Shown in pieces: positions 36,901 through 51,900 of a DNA stretch of 64,000 nucleotides (the stretch's first letter is position 1; the number at the start of each line of letters is the position of its first letter). The DNA lies in assembly GCA_977017645.1 (NCBI GenBank), contig OZ360223.1:138694001-138758000 (forward strand). The letters are read 5' to 3'. Under the pieces are notes generated by a model that was not told where the DNA came from, searched no databases, and saw only the letters and a program-made list of their open reading frames with translations. The position numbers and the translations under genes were made by a program. The stretch is from Torpedo marmorata (Eukaryota).

Positions 36901-39900
36901 GTAGTGTCTCAAAGATACTGCAGGCTGGATGGTAAGGGTCCTCAATGATTCTCTGAGCCCTCTTTAAGCACCGCTCTCTGTAGATATCATCGATAGAGGG
37001 AAGGGAGACCCCAGCAATCTTCTCAGCAGCTTTAATCACCCTCTGTACTGACCTCCAATCTGATGCTTTGCAGCTACTATACCACACTATGATGCAGCCA
37101 GCCAGGACACTCTCTATTGAGCTCCTGTAGAACGTTGTGGGGATGGTGGCCGTTAGCCTTGCCCTCCTTAGGAAGTGTAGGCGCTGCTGTGCCTTCCTGA
37201 CTAATGAGAAAGCGTTGTGGGTCCAGGATAGGTAGTTTTTTTTAAATGGACGCCAAGGAACTTTGTGCTCCCCACTTCTCTCTATGACAGAACTATTGAT
37301 ATGTAGTGGAGAGTGGTCCTTTGTCCTCCTAAAGTCCACAATCATCTCCTTTGTCTTGTCCACATTGAGACTCAGGTCGTTGCTCTTGCACCACTGTACA
37401 AGCATGAGGCCAACTACCATTGTGTCATCTGCAAACTTCATGATTCTGTTGGAGCTGAACCTGGCAGTACAGTCATGGGTTAGCAGCATGAACAGTAGTG
37501 AGCTGAGCACGCAGCTCAGAGGTGCGCCAGTGCTCAGTGTGATGGGGTTTGAGGTTTTCCTGCCAACCCTGACAGACTGTGGTTTTTCAATCAAGTAGTC
37601 CAGGATCCAGTTACAGAAAGGAGTACTGAGTCCCAGCGAGGACAGTTTAACCACCAAACTCTGAGGTATGATTGCGTTGAACGCCAAGCTGAAGTCAATG
37701 AACAACAAGCCTAGGGTATGAGGCATTGTTCTCTAGGTGGGTTAGGACGGAGTGGAGGGTCAGGACTATTGCATCTCTCGTGGATTGGTTTGGCCGATAG
37801 GCAAACTAGAATGGGTCCATTATCAATAGTAATTGATGCTGTACTCCTGTTTTCATAAAGCAAATGGTGAAGCATGTAAATGGTTCAGCATTTGTGATGA
37901 CTTGCAGGTTACAGGTCATCTTTCTCTTACCACAAATTGTTGAACAATTAATGCAGTAGTAACAGTCTGTGAAATAAATTTTACACGATTTTTCAAATGG
38001 ACTGTGGTCAAAGTAGCTTACCTTCTGAGCTTTGATTGGACCTGCACGAGACTGCTTCTGTCGCTGTTCTTTTGGTTCTGGCAACTTATTCTCTGCAGCC
38101 GTTTCTGTTGTGTTTACATCACTCTCTATTGCAACATTAATGGTGGAGGTTGAGGATGTTGTAGTGCAGCTACTTTTTGATACAACTGCTTGACCTGCCT
38201 CACTGCCAAGCTCAATTTCAGCCTCTCCCTGCAAGAAAAATCGAAAAGAAAAAAAATCATACAATTATGGAAAAGTTCTTGATACAAACCCAAATAAACA
38301 TTCTAAAATACACTTATTAATGTTAATGGACGATTGTACTTCATGGATTCAACCACTTCAAAGACCTGAATGTAGATTTGTACAAGTACTGAAGGACCAA
38401 TGATTTAATTTCTTGTTGTAGTTGAAAAGCACAGGGCAAAAGATTATTCCCCCCCACCAAATTAGGTTAACACATCAAATCTTGGAAGACGCACAATTTT
38501 CCCACCCTCTCAACGTTTTTACCATTTTAGATCCAAGTATTGAAAGTTATAAACAGAGCAAGATTGCAAAATATGCAGTTTTATAATTTCCATATGTCAC
38601 GTCCATCAATAAGTGCACGAATATATGTGGTACTTAGTATTATGGATCAGTACCAGCATTGATTCTTGATTTACGCTAAGCTGGTTTACTTTAGTCAGAG
38701 TTGTGCCATATTTTTCTCTAGCCCCGTGGTAGGATTCTACTTCTACAAGCAGGCTTTTTCCACCGAGGTTAGGAGAGATAAAAACTAGAGGACATGGGTT
38801 AAGGGTGAAAGGGGAAAAGTTTAAAGGGAACATTAGGGGGAACTTCTTCATGCAGCGAGTGGTGGAAGTGTGAAACGAGCTGCCAGCTGAATTGGTAAAT
38901 GCAGGCTCAATTTTGACATACAAGAAAAATTTGGACAGGTACATGGATGGGAAGGGTATTGAGGGATATGGTCTGGGTGCTGGTCACTGGGACTAGGCAG
39001 AATAATAGTTTGGCACAGACTAGAAGGGCCGAAGGGTCTGTTTCTGTGCTGTAGTTTTCTATGGTTCTGTGCATGTATCATAGACATCTATTTGTGGCAT
39101 TCTCTACATCGGAGAGACCGGTCGTAGATTGGGAGATCGCTTCGCTGAGCACCTCCTCTCCATCCGCAACAACAGTGACCTCCCAGTAGCCAACCATTTC
39201 AATTCCGAGTCACACTCCCACACTCACATGTCTGTCCATGGCCTTATGTACTATCCCACCCAGACTACCCACAAATTGGAGGAACAACATCTTATTTTCC
39301 GTCTGGGCACTCTCCAGCCAGATGGCATTAACATTGACTTTTCTGCTTTCCGCTAAACCTGCTCGCCTTTTCCTTCCCCTCCCCCTTACCCGTCCTTCCA
39401 GTTTTTTTCCACCCACCCAGCCATGCCTCCTCCCCCTCTGCTGCTGTCCCCTCCCTCCTTTCTCCACCTATCATCTCCTGACTTTGCCAACCCCCCCCCC
39501 CCCAACTCTTTTGTTCGGACGCCTGCCGGCATTTTCTCATACTTTGATGAAGGGCTCAAGCCCGAAACGTCGGTTATGTATTTCTACCTGTGCTACATAA
39601 AAGACACTGTTTGACCTGCTGAGCTTCTCCAGCATTTGTGTTTTTTTTTTATCTACTTAGCACTATCCTAGCTTGTTTCCACAAATTAAACCCAGAGCAA
39701 TAATGGACCTAATCACTGAGAATTAAAATCAGAAGCCTCTCTTAATGGTTCCTTCCCTCCAACTGCTCAGTAAATCAAATGAGCACTATGTAAAGGGCTA
39801 ATGTTAACTTGCAGAAGGAGAGCATGATTTTAAAACACACTTAAAGTCACATTTGCTCCAATATCCTTTTGGTGTAAAAATAGTTTAAAATAATCACAAT

Positions 39901-42900
39901 AAGAGATTCTCAAAATCAATGCATGTCAGAAGGTGTGAATCAAGGGGCAATTGTCATAAACGACATTTTAAATTATCTCAGTTTGAAATCCACCAAATTT
40001 ACATTATTGGGAGTGCTTGTACTGCATTTTCATAGATCTCAATCATACTTTGAGAACATGGTGAAATTACTCTACAAGTGCAGCTTTAGGCAGCTTGTTT
40101 ACAGAAAAGGACAAAAGTGCAATAAAACGTTAAGTGCTTGAGTAAGAGTGCAGGAAAACCTGCAGATAACTTCAGTTCAAAAGCTATCTGTTCTTGTGAA
40201 ACATTTCAAATTTAACAGCAGCAGTTCTACTTGTGAATGATTCTAGACAGGTGTACTATAAAAATATGGTTCTGATTAATGCTTTCTCTCCACAAACCCC
40301 ACCGAACTTGAAAATTGCTATCATTTTCTATTTTTACTACAGCAAAAAAAAAAGATGCTTCTTATCCACTAAATACATATCTCTGAGCAGCAGTCTGCAT
40401 CTGGAAGCTGCAATGCTCGTGGACCAAGAAAAACATCTGAAAACTTTTCTCATTACTCTGCAAATTACGCTTACCTCAGGTGAAGGGGAAGATCCAAAAG
40501 ATGTCAAAGGCTTATTCCATGCACTGACAGATGGAGGTTGTGGGGGACAAATTGGTGCCACTACAAAAATAAAAAGATTAAATTTTTTCTTTACACTTCA
40601 TTGCTACTTTCACTGCCCAAAGGCATAACTTTTCAGTTTTCCATTCATCACTTCGAAATGGATCATTGACTTTATTACTACAATTGGTCATGTCCTTCAA
40701 ATGCATCATCTTTCCCACAGCATGATGCTCAATAATACAGCTTGCAAGCAGTTGTTACCTACCTTCTCCAATTGTGGCAAACCAAACTCCACCGATGGAA
40801 ATCCATGCAACTTCAAACCAACATTGTATCCAGAGGAGCAACAAGTGGCTTTGATCACATGTACAAAAATAACCAAAAATTCTTATTCTTGAACTTTAAA
40901 GAAGAATGAAAATGCCAAATCACTCATGAAATTAAGCTGTTTAAAACAAAACCATTTGGGAGACATGATGTCACAAAGATAGCAAACGATTGCAGATATT
41001 TGCACAGAACATGATATTACGAACAGAAGTAGGTCATTTCATGCTGAGTTTGTTCCACCAATGACATAATGGTGATCTGTGATACAATTCTACCATTCTA
41101 CAGGAGTTTCCTAAATTAATTACTGAAAGGTTTGAATCCGATTCACCAACACTAGGAAATAGCTCAAAATCCTTAAAAATTCAATGAAATTTTCATTATT
41201 GTGAAATTTCACTTTCCAAGAACATTAAATCTTGCCAATTTTCTCACCAGGACAATAAACTGATTTCAATTCAACAGTCTCTTGAAGGTTTTACCAAACA
41301 CCTTCTGGGGAGGGGGGGGGTGTCCATATAAAAATATTCATAGACATTTTTGCTACTCAATATTTTAATAACTCCTTCAAAACATTATCAGGTTTATCTG
41401 GTATTACCCATTATAAATCTGTACTGGTTCACCCCAATCAAGTGAACATTAATGGGCTCAGTCATTGTAATCATAGATATGATTTCAAAACATCATGATC
41501 ACTGGCCTGTATGTTATTGTTTTTATTATATTAACCTCTATTTAGCTGAACAAAAGCCAGATAAAGGTGAGACAAAGATGAAGCACTAACTAGATGTAGC
41601 TCAAAAGCTTATCAGTTTGCACTATAAAATGACTGCCCCTGACAGCAGGATTTCTTCTTGGAAAATCAGTCAGGATAGACAAAGGAATGTCGGCCACCCT
41701 TTACCATTCCAGTGAACTTAGCCCATTGAAAACGTAAATTGGTTTGTGTCAATCAAAAGAGGCCTTAAACACTATTGCTTTGGACACATGAAAATCAGGA
41801 TCTACCAGAAACAATAGCGGAAACGCAAAAAGGTCAGTGGATAAATTTTAAATTACAAATTTATGAATGATTAAATGAACCCTTTGAAGAAATTACACAT
41901 TAGTGGATTAAATGCTTCCTGTGATTTTCAGTGGCATACAGCAAAAGAAAGCGAGAAGAAAGTAAATAACAGTGTTTACAAAAAACACAGCTCATACTAA
42001 CATTTTGTTGTGATATCCGAAAGGACAGAGGTTGAACTAATCTCGTTTTCCCACAGTTCTGCTTCCAAAGTTTGCGTTGGGGCTAAAACGGAACATTCGC
42101 CGTTATTTCCTGAAGCCTCACTTCCTCCTTGCACCTTTGATTGGTCCTGAACAGATAATGAAGTCTCATTTGGAGTCACTGTTGGGCCTGGTGCTGAATC
42201 CTGAACTGGATCTGTAGTTGAAACCACAGCCTGTTGCTGAGGCTGAACCGGAGACTGAATTGAAGTTGGAGTCTGAGCCTGAGCCTGATGTGCTGCCTGC
42301 TGCTGCTTTTTGGCAAATCGCGGAGGCAATTTAGAATTCTGACCTCTTCCCTTCTCACTTGAATTCTTTTTGCTCCAGTTCTGCAAGAAATAAATAAGAT
42401 ATAATTTCAGGTGAGACATTGTTCCAGCAAAGTTTCTTTCTGCTGTTTTTAGGATCGAGACATTTCTGGCCCTTCCAAGTGACATCTCTGCTACTGTGCA
42501 GAGACCCATCATTCAGGCAGGAAGTTCACATCAGCAGATCTGCAAAAGCCTTATACTTATTTAACATGCAGATTATAAAATAATAAAAGGAAGCATGCAC
42601 CTCCTTGAGCCTGCTCCACTTTTCAACAAATTCACTGCTGATCCAATCATGGCATCAATACTATTAAGGTTGCTAATCAACAGGGGGAAATAGCTATGCG
42701 CAAAAGTGATGTAGTAACAGAAATGGGATTTAAAAATGGTGAGGATGGAATGCTTAATATTCGCAGACACAAAGTATTGAGAAATGATAATCATAGAGAA
42801 AAGCACGATCGAGTGGAACTACCGAATAGGAAAGACACCACAGATTTCATCTTTAAAAGAATGAATTCAATTGGTGAAAAATAGAAAGGGTTTGCTCACT

Positions 42901-45900
42901 CAGGTTATTATACAAGTTGCCAAATAGTCCAAATCATCAAGGAATTTAGAGATGCGCAAGAACAATATCCAGGCAGACTTTAGTTTTACAAATATCGAAT
43001 GGAATAATGTCATAGTATAGGGAAAGGGGAGCGAGGAATTTCTGAAATGCTTTCACGATAGTTTCCTTGACAATCATGGATTTGGGGAATAAGGTCGACC
43101 AAATGTCAGCAGGCAAGAACTTTATCTTGTTTATCAAAGTTTGGATTTGAAACTGAACCGTAAAGTTCAACTGAATCACTGAGCAGAGCCAGGGGTAAAA
43201 TGTAAACTGAAGGGGTGGGGACACGGAGGGTGGAGACTGAAGGAAGATTAATAGAAAGCCAGATCTTCGAGAGAGATTTTCTGGGTAGAGACAACAGCAT
43301 TCCTACAAGGAGGAAACAAGGGAATCAAGCAGGGTCCCTTGGATGATGAGGGAGGTTGAGAACATGATGCAACAGATAGTTATAGGTTGGTTTGTCAGGC
43401 AAATTCATCATGAGATCCAGGCCAAGAAAGAGAAGGGAAAAGTGAAAGGAAAATTAACACTGGTGAGAAGAGCAGGAGCTAACAAATGAAAATAAAAAAT
43501 ATTTTACAAGTTTGTAATACTAAGGAAGTAAGATGGGTGGGCAGGACCTTCAATAAACAAAAATATTATATGCTTACAGATACCAGCATATGCACAAATA
43601 AATACTGGTTTAGAAGAGAATGCTGCCAAATATCTGCAGGGTAGATATGGCAGAAATAATAGAAAGAGGGCAAATTGGTAAGGAAAATACATAGAACATT
43701 ACAGCACAGAAATAGGACCGTTCAGCCATTCTCGTCTGTGCCGAACCATTTTACTGCCTTGTTCCACTGACCTGCATCCAGTCCATAGCCCTCCATACCT
43801 CTCCCATCCATGTATCTGTCCAAATGCTTCTTAAATGTTTAAATTGAGCCTGCATTCACGACTTCAGCTGGAAGTTCGTTCCACACTCCCACCACTCTGT
43901 GTGAAGAAGTTCCCCCTTATGTTCCCCCTAAACTTTTCCCCTTTCACCCTTAACAAATGTCCTCTGGTTTGTATCTCACGTACCCTCAGTGGAAAAAGCC
44001 TACTTATATTTACTCTGTCTATTCCCCTCATAATTTTAAATACCTCTATCAAATATCCCATCATTCTTCTACGCTCCAGGGAATAAAATCCTAACCTGTT
44101 TAACCTTTCCCTGTGATCAGTTCCTGAAGTCCGGGCAACATCCTAGTAAATCTCTGCACTCTTTCTATCTTATTGATATCTTTCCTGTAGTTAGGTAATC
44201 AAACCTGCACACAATACTCCAAATTTGACCTCACAAATGTCTTGTACAACTTTACCATAACATCCCAACTCCTAAACTCAATGCTTTGATTTATGAAGGC
44301 TAATATGCCAAAACCTCTCTTTACAACCCTATCTACCTGTGACGCCACTTTCAGGGAATTATGTATCTGTATTCCTAGATTCGTCTGTTCTACCACACTA
44401 CACACTCCTACCATTTACTGTGTATGTCCTTTCTTGGCTTGTCCTTCCAAAAATGCAACACCTCACACGTGTCTGCATTAAATTCCATCTGCCATTTTTC
44501 AGTGCATTTTTCCAGCTGGTCCAGATACCTCTGCAAGCTTTGAAAACTTTCTTCGCTGTCCATACCTCCAATCTGCAAACATGCTGATCCAATTTACCAC
44601 ATAATCATTCAGATTATTGATATAGATGACAAACAACAATGGTCCCAGCACCGATCCCTGAAGCACACCACCAGTCACAGGCCTCTAGTCTGAGAAGCAA
44701 TCATTCACCACTACTCTCTGGCTTCTCCCGTCCAACCAGTTGAATCCAGTATACTACTTCACCATGAATACCGAGCGTCTGAACTTTCCTGACTAACCTC
44801 ACATGTGGGACCTTGTCAAAGGCCTTACTAAAGTCCATGTTGCCTTTCCTTCATCAACTTTCCTGGTAAAATCCTCAAAAAACTCTAAGATTGGTTAAAC
44901 ACGACCCACCACGCACAAAACCATGTTGACTACCCTAATCAGTCCCTGGCTATCCAAATACTTGTATATCCGATCTCTTAGAACACCTTCCAATAATTTG
45001 CCTACTACTGACGTCTGGTTCACCGTCTATCATTTCCAGGGTTACTTTTGGAGCCTTTTTTTTTTCAAAAAATAACAGAACAACGAGATCTAACCTCCAA
45101 TCCTCCAGCACCACACCAGTGGCTAAGGACATTTTAAATATTCCTGCCAGAGACGCTGCAATTTCTACACTAGCCTACCTCATGGTCCGAGGGAATATCT
45201 TGTCAGACAGCAAGCACCTCCTCCTCTTTAATCTGTATAGGTTCCATAACCTCACTGCTTGTTTTCCTTACTTCCCTCAACTCTGTGTCCGTTTCCTGAG
45301 TGAATACTGATGAAAAAAACCCATTTAATATCCCCATCTCTTTTGGCTCCATATATAGCTGACCACTCTGATCTTCAAGGGGACCAATTTTGTCCCTTAC
45401 TATCCTTTTGCTCTTAATATACCTGCAGAAACCCTTAGGATTTTCCTCCAGTGTCTGCCAAAGCAACATCATGTCTTCTTTTAGCCTTCTTGATTTCTTT
45501 CTTGAGGTTTTTCTTGCATTTTTTTTTATACTCCTCAAGTACCTCATTTGCCTATACACCTCTCTCTTCTTCTGAACTAGATCACCAATATCACTCAAAA
45601 ACCAAGGTTTCCTATGCCTGCTAACGTTGCCTTTAATCCTGACAGGAACATACAAACTCTGTACTCTCAAAATTTCACCTTTGAAGGTCCTCCACTTACC
45701 TCGCACATCCTTGCCCGAAAACAAATTATCCCAATCCACGCATTCTAGATCCTTTCTCATTTCCTCGAAATTGGTCTTTCTCCAATTTAGAATCTCAACC
45801 CGAGGCCCAGACCTATCCTTCTCCATAATTAACTTGAAACTAATGACTTTATGATCACTGGACTCAAAATGTTCTCCTACACATACTTCTGTCACCTGTC

Positions 45901-48900
45901 CTGTCTCATTCCCTAATAGGAGATCCAGTTTTGCACTCCCTCTCGTTGGTACTTCTACATATTGATTTTTAAACTTTCCTGAGCAAATATGACAAACTCC
46001 AAGCCATCCAGCCCTTTTACAGTATGGGAGTCCCAGTCAATATATGGAAAGTTAAAATCTCCTACTATCACAACCTTATGTTTCCTGCAGCTGCCTGCTA
46101 TCTCTCTACAGATTTGCTCCTCCAATTCTCGTTGACTATTGGGCAGTCTGTAATACAACCCCATGTCATACCTTTCCCGTTCCTCAGCTCCACCCATATA
46201 GCCTCAGTAGACGAGCCCTCTGGTCTGTCCTGCCTGAGTACGGCTGTGATATTTTCCATGACGAGCAATGCCACTCCTTCCCCTTCCATCCTCGCTGTTC
46301 AATCGCATCTGAAGCAACGGAAGCCCAGAACATTGAGCTGCCAGTCCTGCCCCTCCTGCAACCAAGTTTCACTAATGGCCACAATGTCATAATTCCACGT
46401 GCCAATCCACGCTGTAAGCTCATCTGCCTTTCATTGAAATAGATGCACCTGAGAACATTTCCACCACGTTCAACCCGTTGACTTCCAACTTTAAATGTAA
46501 TTTTCCCTCCTCCACTCCTCTATTTGCTCTGGCACTCTGGTTCCCACCCCCCTGCAAATCTCGTTTAAACCCCCAGAGCAGCACTAGCAAACCTTTCTGC
46601 AAGGATATTAGTCCCCCTCGAGTTCAGATGCAAACTGTCCTGTCGGAACAGGCCCCACCTTCCCTGGAAGAGAGCCCAATGATCCAGAAACCATAATCCC
46701 TCCCACCTGCATCATGTCTTTAGCCATGTGTTAAGGTACATTATCCTCCTATTTTGGAAAAGGTTGGACATGCATAGCCGATGCGTTATCTGGTCCTGAC
46801 GGCTTACAAGTTGTTGAGATAAAAAGAGTGCATAGTGGAGGGTTTGGCACAATATTCTAAACTTCTCCACGCTCAGGGACGTGCCAGAGGATTAGAATAT
46901 GTCATGTGTGTCAAGGATATTCTTAGTAAGTGTAGGTGATCAGTTTAACAGTAATAATCAGGCAAATTACTAACAAGAACAAAGAGCAGCTTGAGTTAAT
47001 TTAGAACAAATTGGAATAATGAAAGGTCAAGAGAAGTGTGGAAGTGTGGTGGAGAACAGTGGATTTTAAGAAAGCATTTGATAATACTACAGAAAAGTCC
47101 AGTCTGTAAAATTGTGGCTCATGCAATTGGAGGATCAGTATCAGCTTGGATAAAAATTAAGGTCAGAAAATACTGTGTTAAATTGTTTCTCCAGATAGGA
47201 ACATAATAAGTTCAAAAGTTAGTGTTGACATATTTGTAAAGGGCTTGGTAAAATTTCAAAATGTGCTCATATCAAATGTGGAGGTGTGGCAAACATTTGA
47301 AATGATACCAATCACCTAAGGGGACATATGCTGCAATGCAAAGATGACTTAATTGTGCTCAGAATTTTCTGTTTTTACTTGAGCCAAATGCTAATTCAGT
47401 TTATCACCTGTACAACTTGCTCCTCTTTTTTTCTGCGTTCTTCATCCTGTAGACGTTTTTGTTGTTTCTTTGATACAACTTCAGTAAATCCATCATCAAT
47501 GGTGTTACACTGGGAGTCTTCAACTGTTGTCACTTCTGGGTGATCATCAATGATTACCACACCTATAATAACAAAATATTTTTTTTACATTAACCATTTT
47601 GATTTGCATTTAGAATTGTAGTCTCTATTCTCCAAAATTTGAGCCCTAGCTCATGAACATCTATGGACAAGTATTTGTCATGCCAACAGACAAGAAACTA
47701 AGGTGATAAAATACACATTTTATATACTATCTGGAAACTAGATTGCATTAAAATCTAGAAGTTTAGCCTTCTTCATGAGGTAATAATGTCACAGGCTTGC
47801 TATATGCCTGTACTTCATTTGAAACTAGAAAATTAAGACTTGCCTTGGGACACCTTTCCCCTTGGTGTTTCTTCTCTTTAAAGAAATCACTGACCTTAAA
47901 TTGACCTCTTCAACATTGGCACAGCTGAGACTAAAAGTTCAGCAGAAATCCAAGCCCACAGTAATTACATCAACCAATTTCTAATTTCATTTCAAAAGCA
48001 AAATACTACAGATCAAGACATCAGGTCAGACACCTCATTCTAACTTCTCACTTCTGTTGAAACAAGTTTTTAAATTGGAGAGTGTTGGGGAGGAGGGAAG
48101 GGGGGGGCAAAACAACAAAAAGAAAGGTCTGTGACAGGGAGGAAAGAGTGATTAACACATTCGATGATGGGACCAGCTGAAAGAGGGCTGTAAGGGTTAT
48201 TGAATAACAAAAGATATGACAGAGAAGGGTGTCCCGCATCAGTGCTTCTGTTGTCTTCCTTTCTCAACAATGGCTTCCCCTCCATCACAGCTGTCAGGGT
48301 TTTTTCATCCTTGACTTCCAGATTCTCTCACACAAAATATAATAGAGCTCCCGTTTTCATCTTCCATGCCACAAGCCTTCATATTCAATTGATCATACTC
48401 TGACATTTTCAAATGAATTCAATGTGATGTCACTGTCTAATACTTTAGTGTCTTGAAGGGTCCACAACTTTCATCTCCACCAATACCTATTCTCCTTCTC
48501 ACTGCACCATGCCATCTAAATGAAACAAACATCAAATGTTCAAGGCCACAAAAGCAGCTTCATGATGCAATTTCTTTATACTTTTCAAATGAAGTGAACT
48601 GCATCCTTTGTGGTCTCCTCCACATGGGAGAAAAACAGACTGGGAGAAACCTACATCCAGTTCACATGAATGACCGTGCATAGTCAGTTGTATGTCACTT
48701 TAATTCTCCATCCACTCTAATCTCTGTCTTAGTCTCCTCTACTCGGCCAAAAATTCAACCCAAGGTCAAGCAAAAACACCTCACCTTCCAACTGGGCAGA
48801 TCACAGCCTTTGAGATTCAACAATGAATTCAGCGATTTCAGATAATCCACTATTCCAGCCTTGTATTTCATGTTTCCAGCATTCATTTTGTTCCACTTCT

Positions 48901-51900
48901 GGTAATCTTGCATTAAAATAGTCTCTTATTCACAATTACCCCAACCTTCACCATTCTTTTCCAGCTGGCACCACCTTTTATTCCCAGTACTTATTTTACT
49001 TTTTCCATCTTAAAATTTGTAATCACCTCCAATATTTCCCGGTTCTGACAAAGTCATTGACCTAAAACATTAACTCTCTCCCCACAGATGTCGCCATTTC
49101 TACTTACAAATTAAGTTTCACCATTATTTTCTGCTTTTATTTTTAAATGTATTTTCCAAATATGATACTAATACAGGTATCTCGTTTTTTTGGATGGGTT
49201 GGGGGAGGGAAAGCGTGTGGCATTTCTAGAAAACTGTCTACATCATGATTTTCTGTAATGCAAAGTCGCATTATCTGCACATGCATCAAGAAATGCAAGT
49301 CCAAAACAATGTTCTTTTTTTCCCCACAAATTCTGTAAGAGCGAATTTTATTCTGTGCTGCAAATTTTTGAGCAGTGATTTTGGAATTAGGCAAAGGTGA
49401 ATTTCCATAGCCCAAACTGTGTAACAATGGAGTTGTCAGCAGATCATTCCTTCAGGGAAATTAAAGTCATTACCTGACACTTTCTTTGTTATAATCATTC
49501 TTCTGACACTTATAATAATGAAACATCATATTTGCATCAATAATGAGAGATTAAATAAACATTTTTCAAACCAGAGACAACATTTATGGTAAAAAGTTAG
49601 CAATGAAGTAGTACTCACTAGCATAGTTATTCAAGTCAAACTGTGACAGTGCATCAGGCTTCTCTTTTGGTTTTTTAGTTGATTTGGACTCTTCTCTTTT
49701 CTTCCCAGTAGCATCTTTAGTGGACTTTGGAGATGTGCCTGCGTTGCTATTTTCCACTGGATGGTGAGCCATGTTACTGCTGGTGGGATCAATACCAATC
49801 ATTGCTGTTCTCTCTTCTAAAGGCCTACATCACACAAACCATACAAACAAGAAACTAACCACGATCCCCTAAACACAAGACAGTCTATAACTTGTCCTAA
49901 CCCACCCCTCCACCAGCTAAAACTACAAGGAAAAAATGAAAAAAAAACTTGGGCACATTAAAAGATAATGTTATTAGATTGCAAATAGTAATTCCACAAA
50001 TCTGTTCCACCCACACTGCATTACAACTTGTGTCATTCAAGCTTAACTTCCTAAATTCCAAGGCTGCTAATTCCACTACAAGACTGCTTGGACAACACCA
50101 ATAGCCTGAATACAACTGGGATTGTCTGATCTCAGAAGCTAAGCAGGCACAGGACTGGTCAGTACTTGGAGGGAGACAAAAATTAAAGAATTTCATGTAT
50201 GTTACATTCTAAATGTAGTATTACGTGACAATAATGGAACCTTTACCTTTTACCTTCTTAATTATTTCCAAATTATAAAAGTTACATCATTTAAAATTAA
50301 AAATCTGCCACATTCTAAAATAAAGATAACAGAAGCATTTTGAGATTTGTCCCAAAGACAATGATTTTAGTGATTAAAAACAAGTGATTTTCACAGCTCA
50401 ATCTCTTCACAGCTAGCACAACAATGAAAATTACACTGCAATCACATTTCCTGCTGTAACAGTGGCTAGTTAAAGGAAACACTGATTGTTGCAAATATCT
50501 ATTGGTTAAAATTGAGTCAGTAACTTTGTGAAGCAAAAGAGATACCGTGAGTACCTTGAAAGACATTGCCAATCAGCTTCCAACTTGTTCTTATGAGTTA
50601 AGCGCAACAAATTGTCAGAAAAACCCAAAATGTCACCTCTATCTTTGTCATAATTGACTGATTATCAAAAACCTAAATTGAAATTGTGCAACCGTGCGCT
50701 GCTGAAGAAATATCCTCAAATTATTGCTGGAAAATGCTCTGTCTTTTCACTTACGTTCTTCTTCCAGTCTTTGATGTCAGTCCACCACGCCTTTCATTCT
50801 TGTTGGCAGAATAATTTCTGTTAGACTTGTTGGCTCCACTAGTGCTTCTCCGATTCTGTCGATCTGCTCCTGGGCGTTGGCTGGAGAAACTTCTTTTTGC
50901 AGCATCTCTCTTTTGAAGGAAGTTGCTTTCTCCAGACTTTGTTGTAGCCTGCAAGTTAATTTCAACAGTTTTCTTTTCATCTCTTTCACGCCTCTCATTG
51001 AAGTCACTGCTTTCAGAGGCAGTTTCCCATTCTTCATTTGCCTGATCAGAAGAATTCTGATTGGATAAATCGGGGGATTTGCTCCCAGCTAATTCTAGGG
51101 AGTTTGGATGTTCTTGCACATTACTACTGGAGTTTGCATTTATTATTGTTGCAGTGGTCTCATTTACTTTAGCTGCAGCTTCTCTTTCTTTCAAACGCCT
51201 GAACCTTGGTGGTTTATCTTGTCTTGGTGGCCGAGTGGGCCTTTGCTTACGAAGTTGTTCTCTGTTATGGTCAAACCTGCGTTCTGATTTAACAGGTCTC
51301 CTATCAAAAGGAAGAGGTTCAAAATGGCTTTTTTTTGTTTCTCCATCATCTCTTCTGGAAGTCTCTAACCTTGGAGACCACATTGCATTGGTAGGTCCTG
51401 GCTTTCTCAATGAGACAGATCTTGATCCACCTCGGCCTCCTGCACCCCTACCACCTCCTCTAAACATCCCCCCCCTTCCACGTCTTGAGGGTTCACCTCT
51501 CGGAAGAAAGCCTGGTTTTGGTTTTGAGTCGTCTTTTGAAGCAGGCTTTTCTGATAATCTGATATCCACTTTTAAGTTGCTTTCAGATCTAAAAGACTTT
51601 TGAACAGGTTTACTTTCTGGCCTTCCTTCGTTCTTCAAGCGCTTCCCTTTAGTTGGATTTTCTTTGTCAGAAATTGTTTCACTTGCACTTTCATGAGCTT
51701 CAGTGTCGGAATCGGTTTCAGAGCCATGTTGTCTGCGGCGTTTAGGAACCTCTTCAAAATCAGAGCTTTCACTACGCGTTTCACTCTCTTCCCTTTGCCG
51801 AAATGAAGATACATTCGATACATTTTCTGATCTCGGTCTTGACTCTCTGTAGCGTGGATATTCTCTACTACGACCTCTTCCTCCACGTCCACGGCCATTG

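Noticed and set aside
41695-41790. Short H/ACA-like arrangement
   Set aside because: About 95 nt with a poorly formed 3' hairpin
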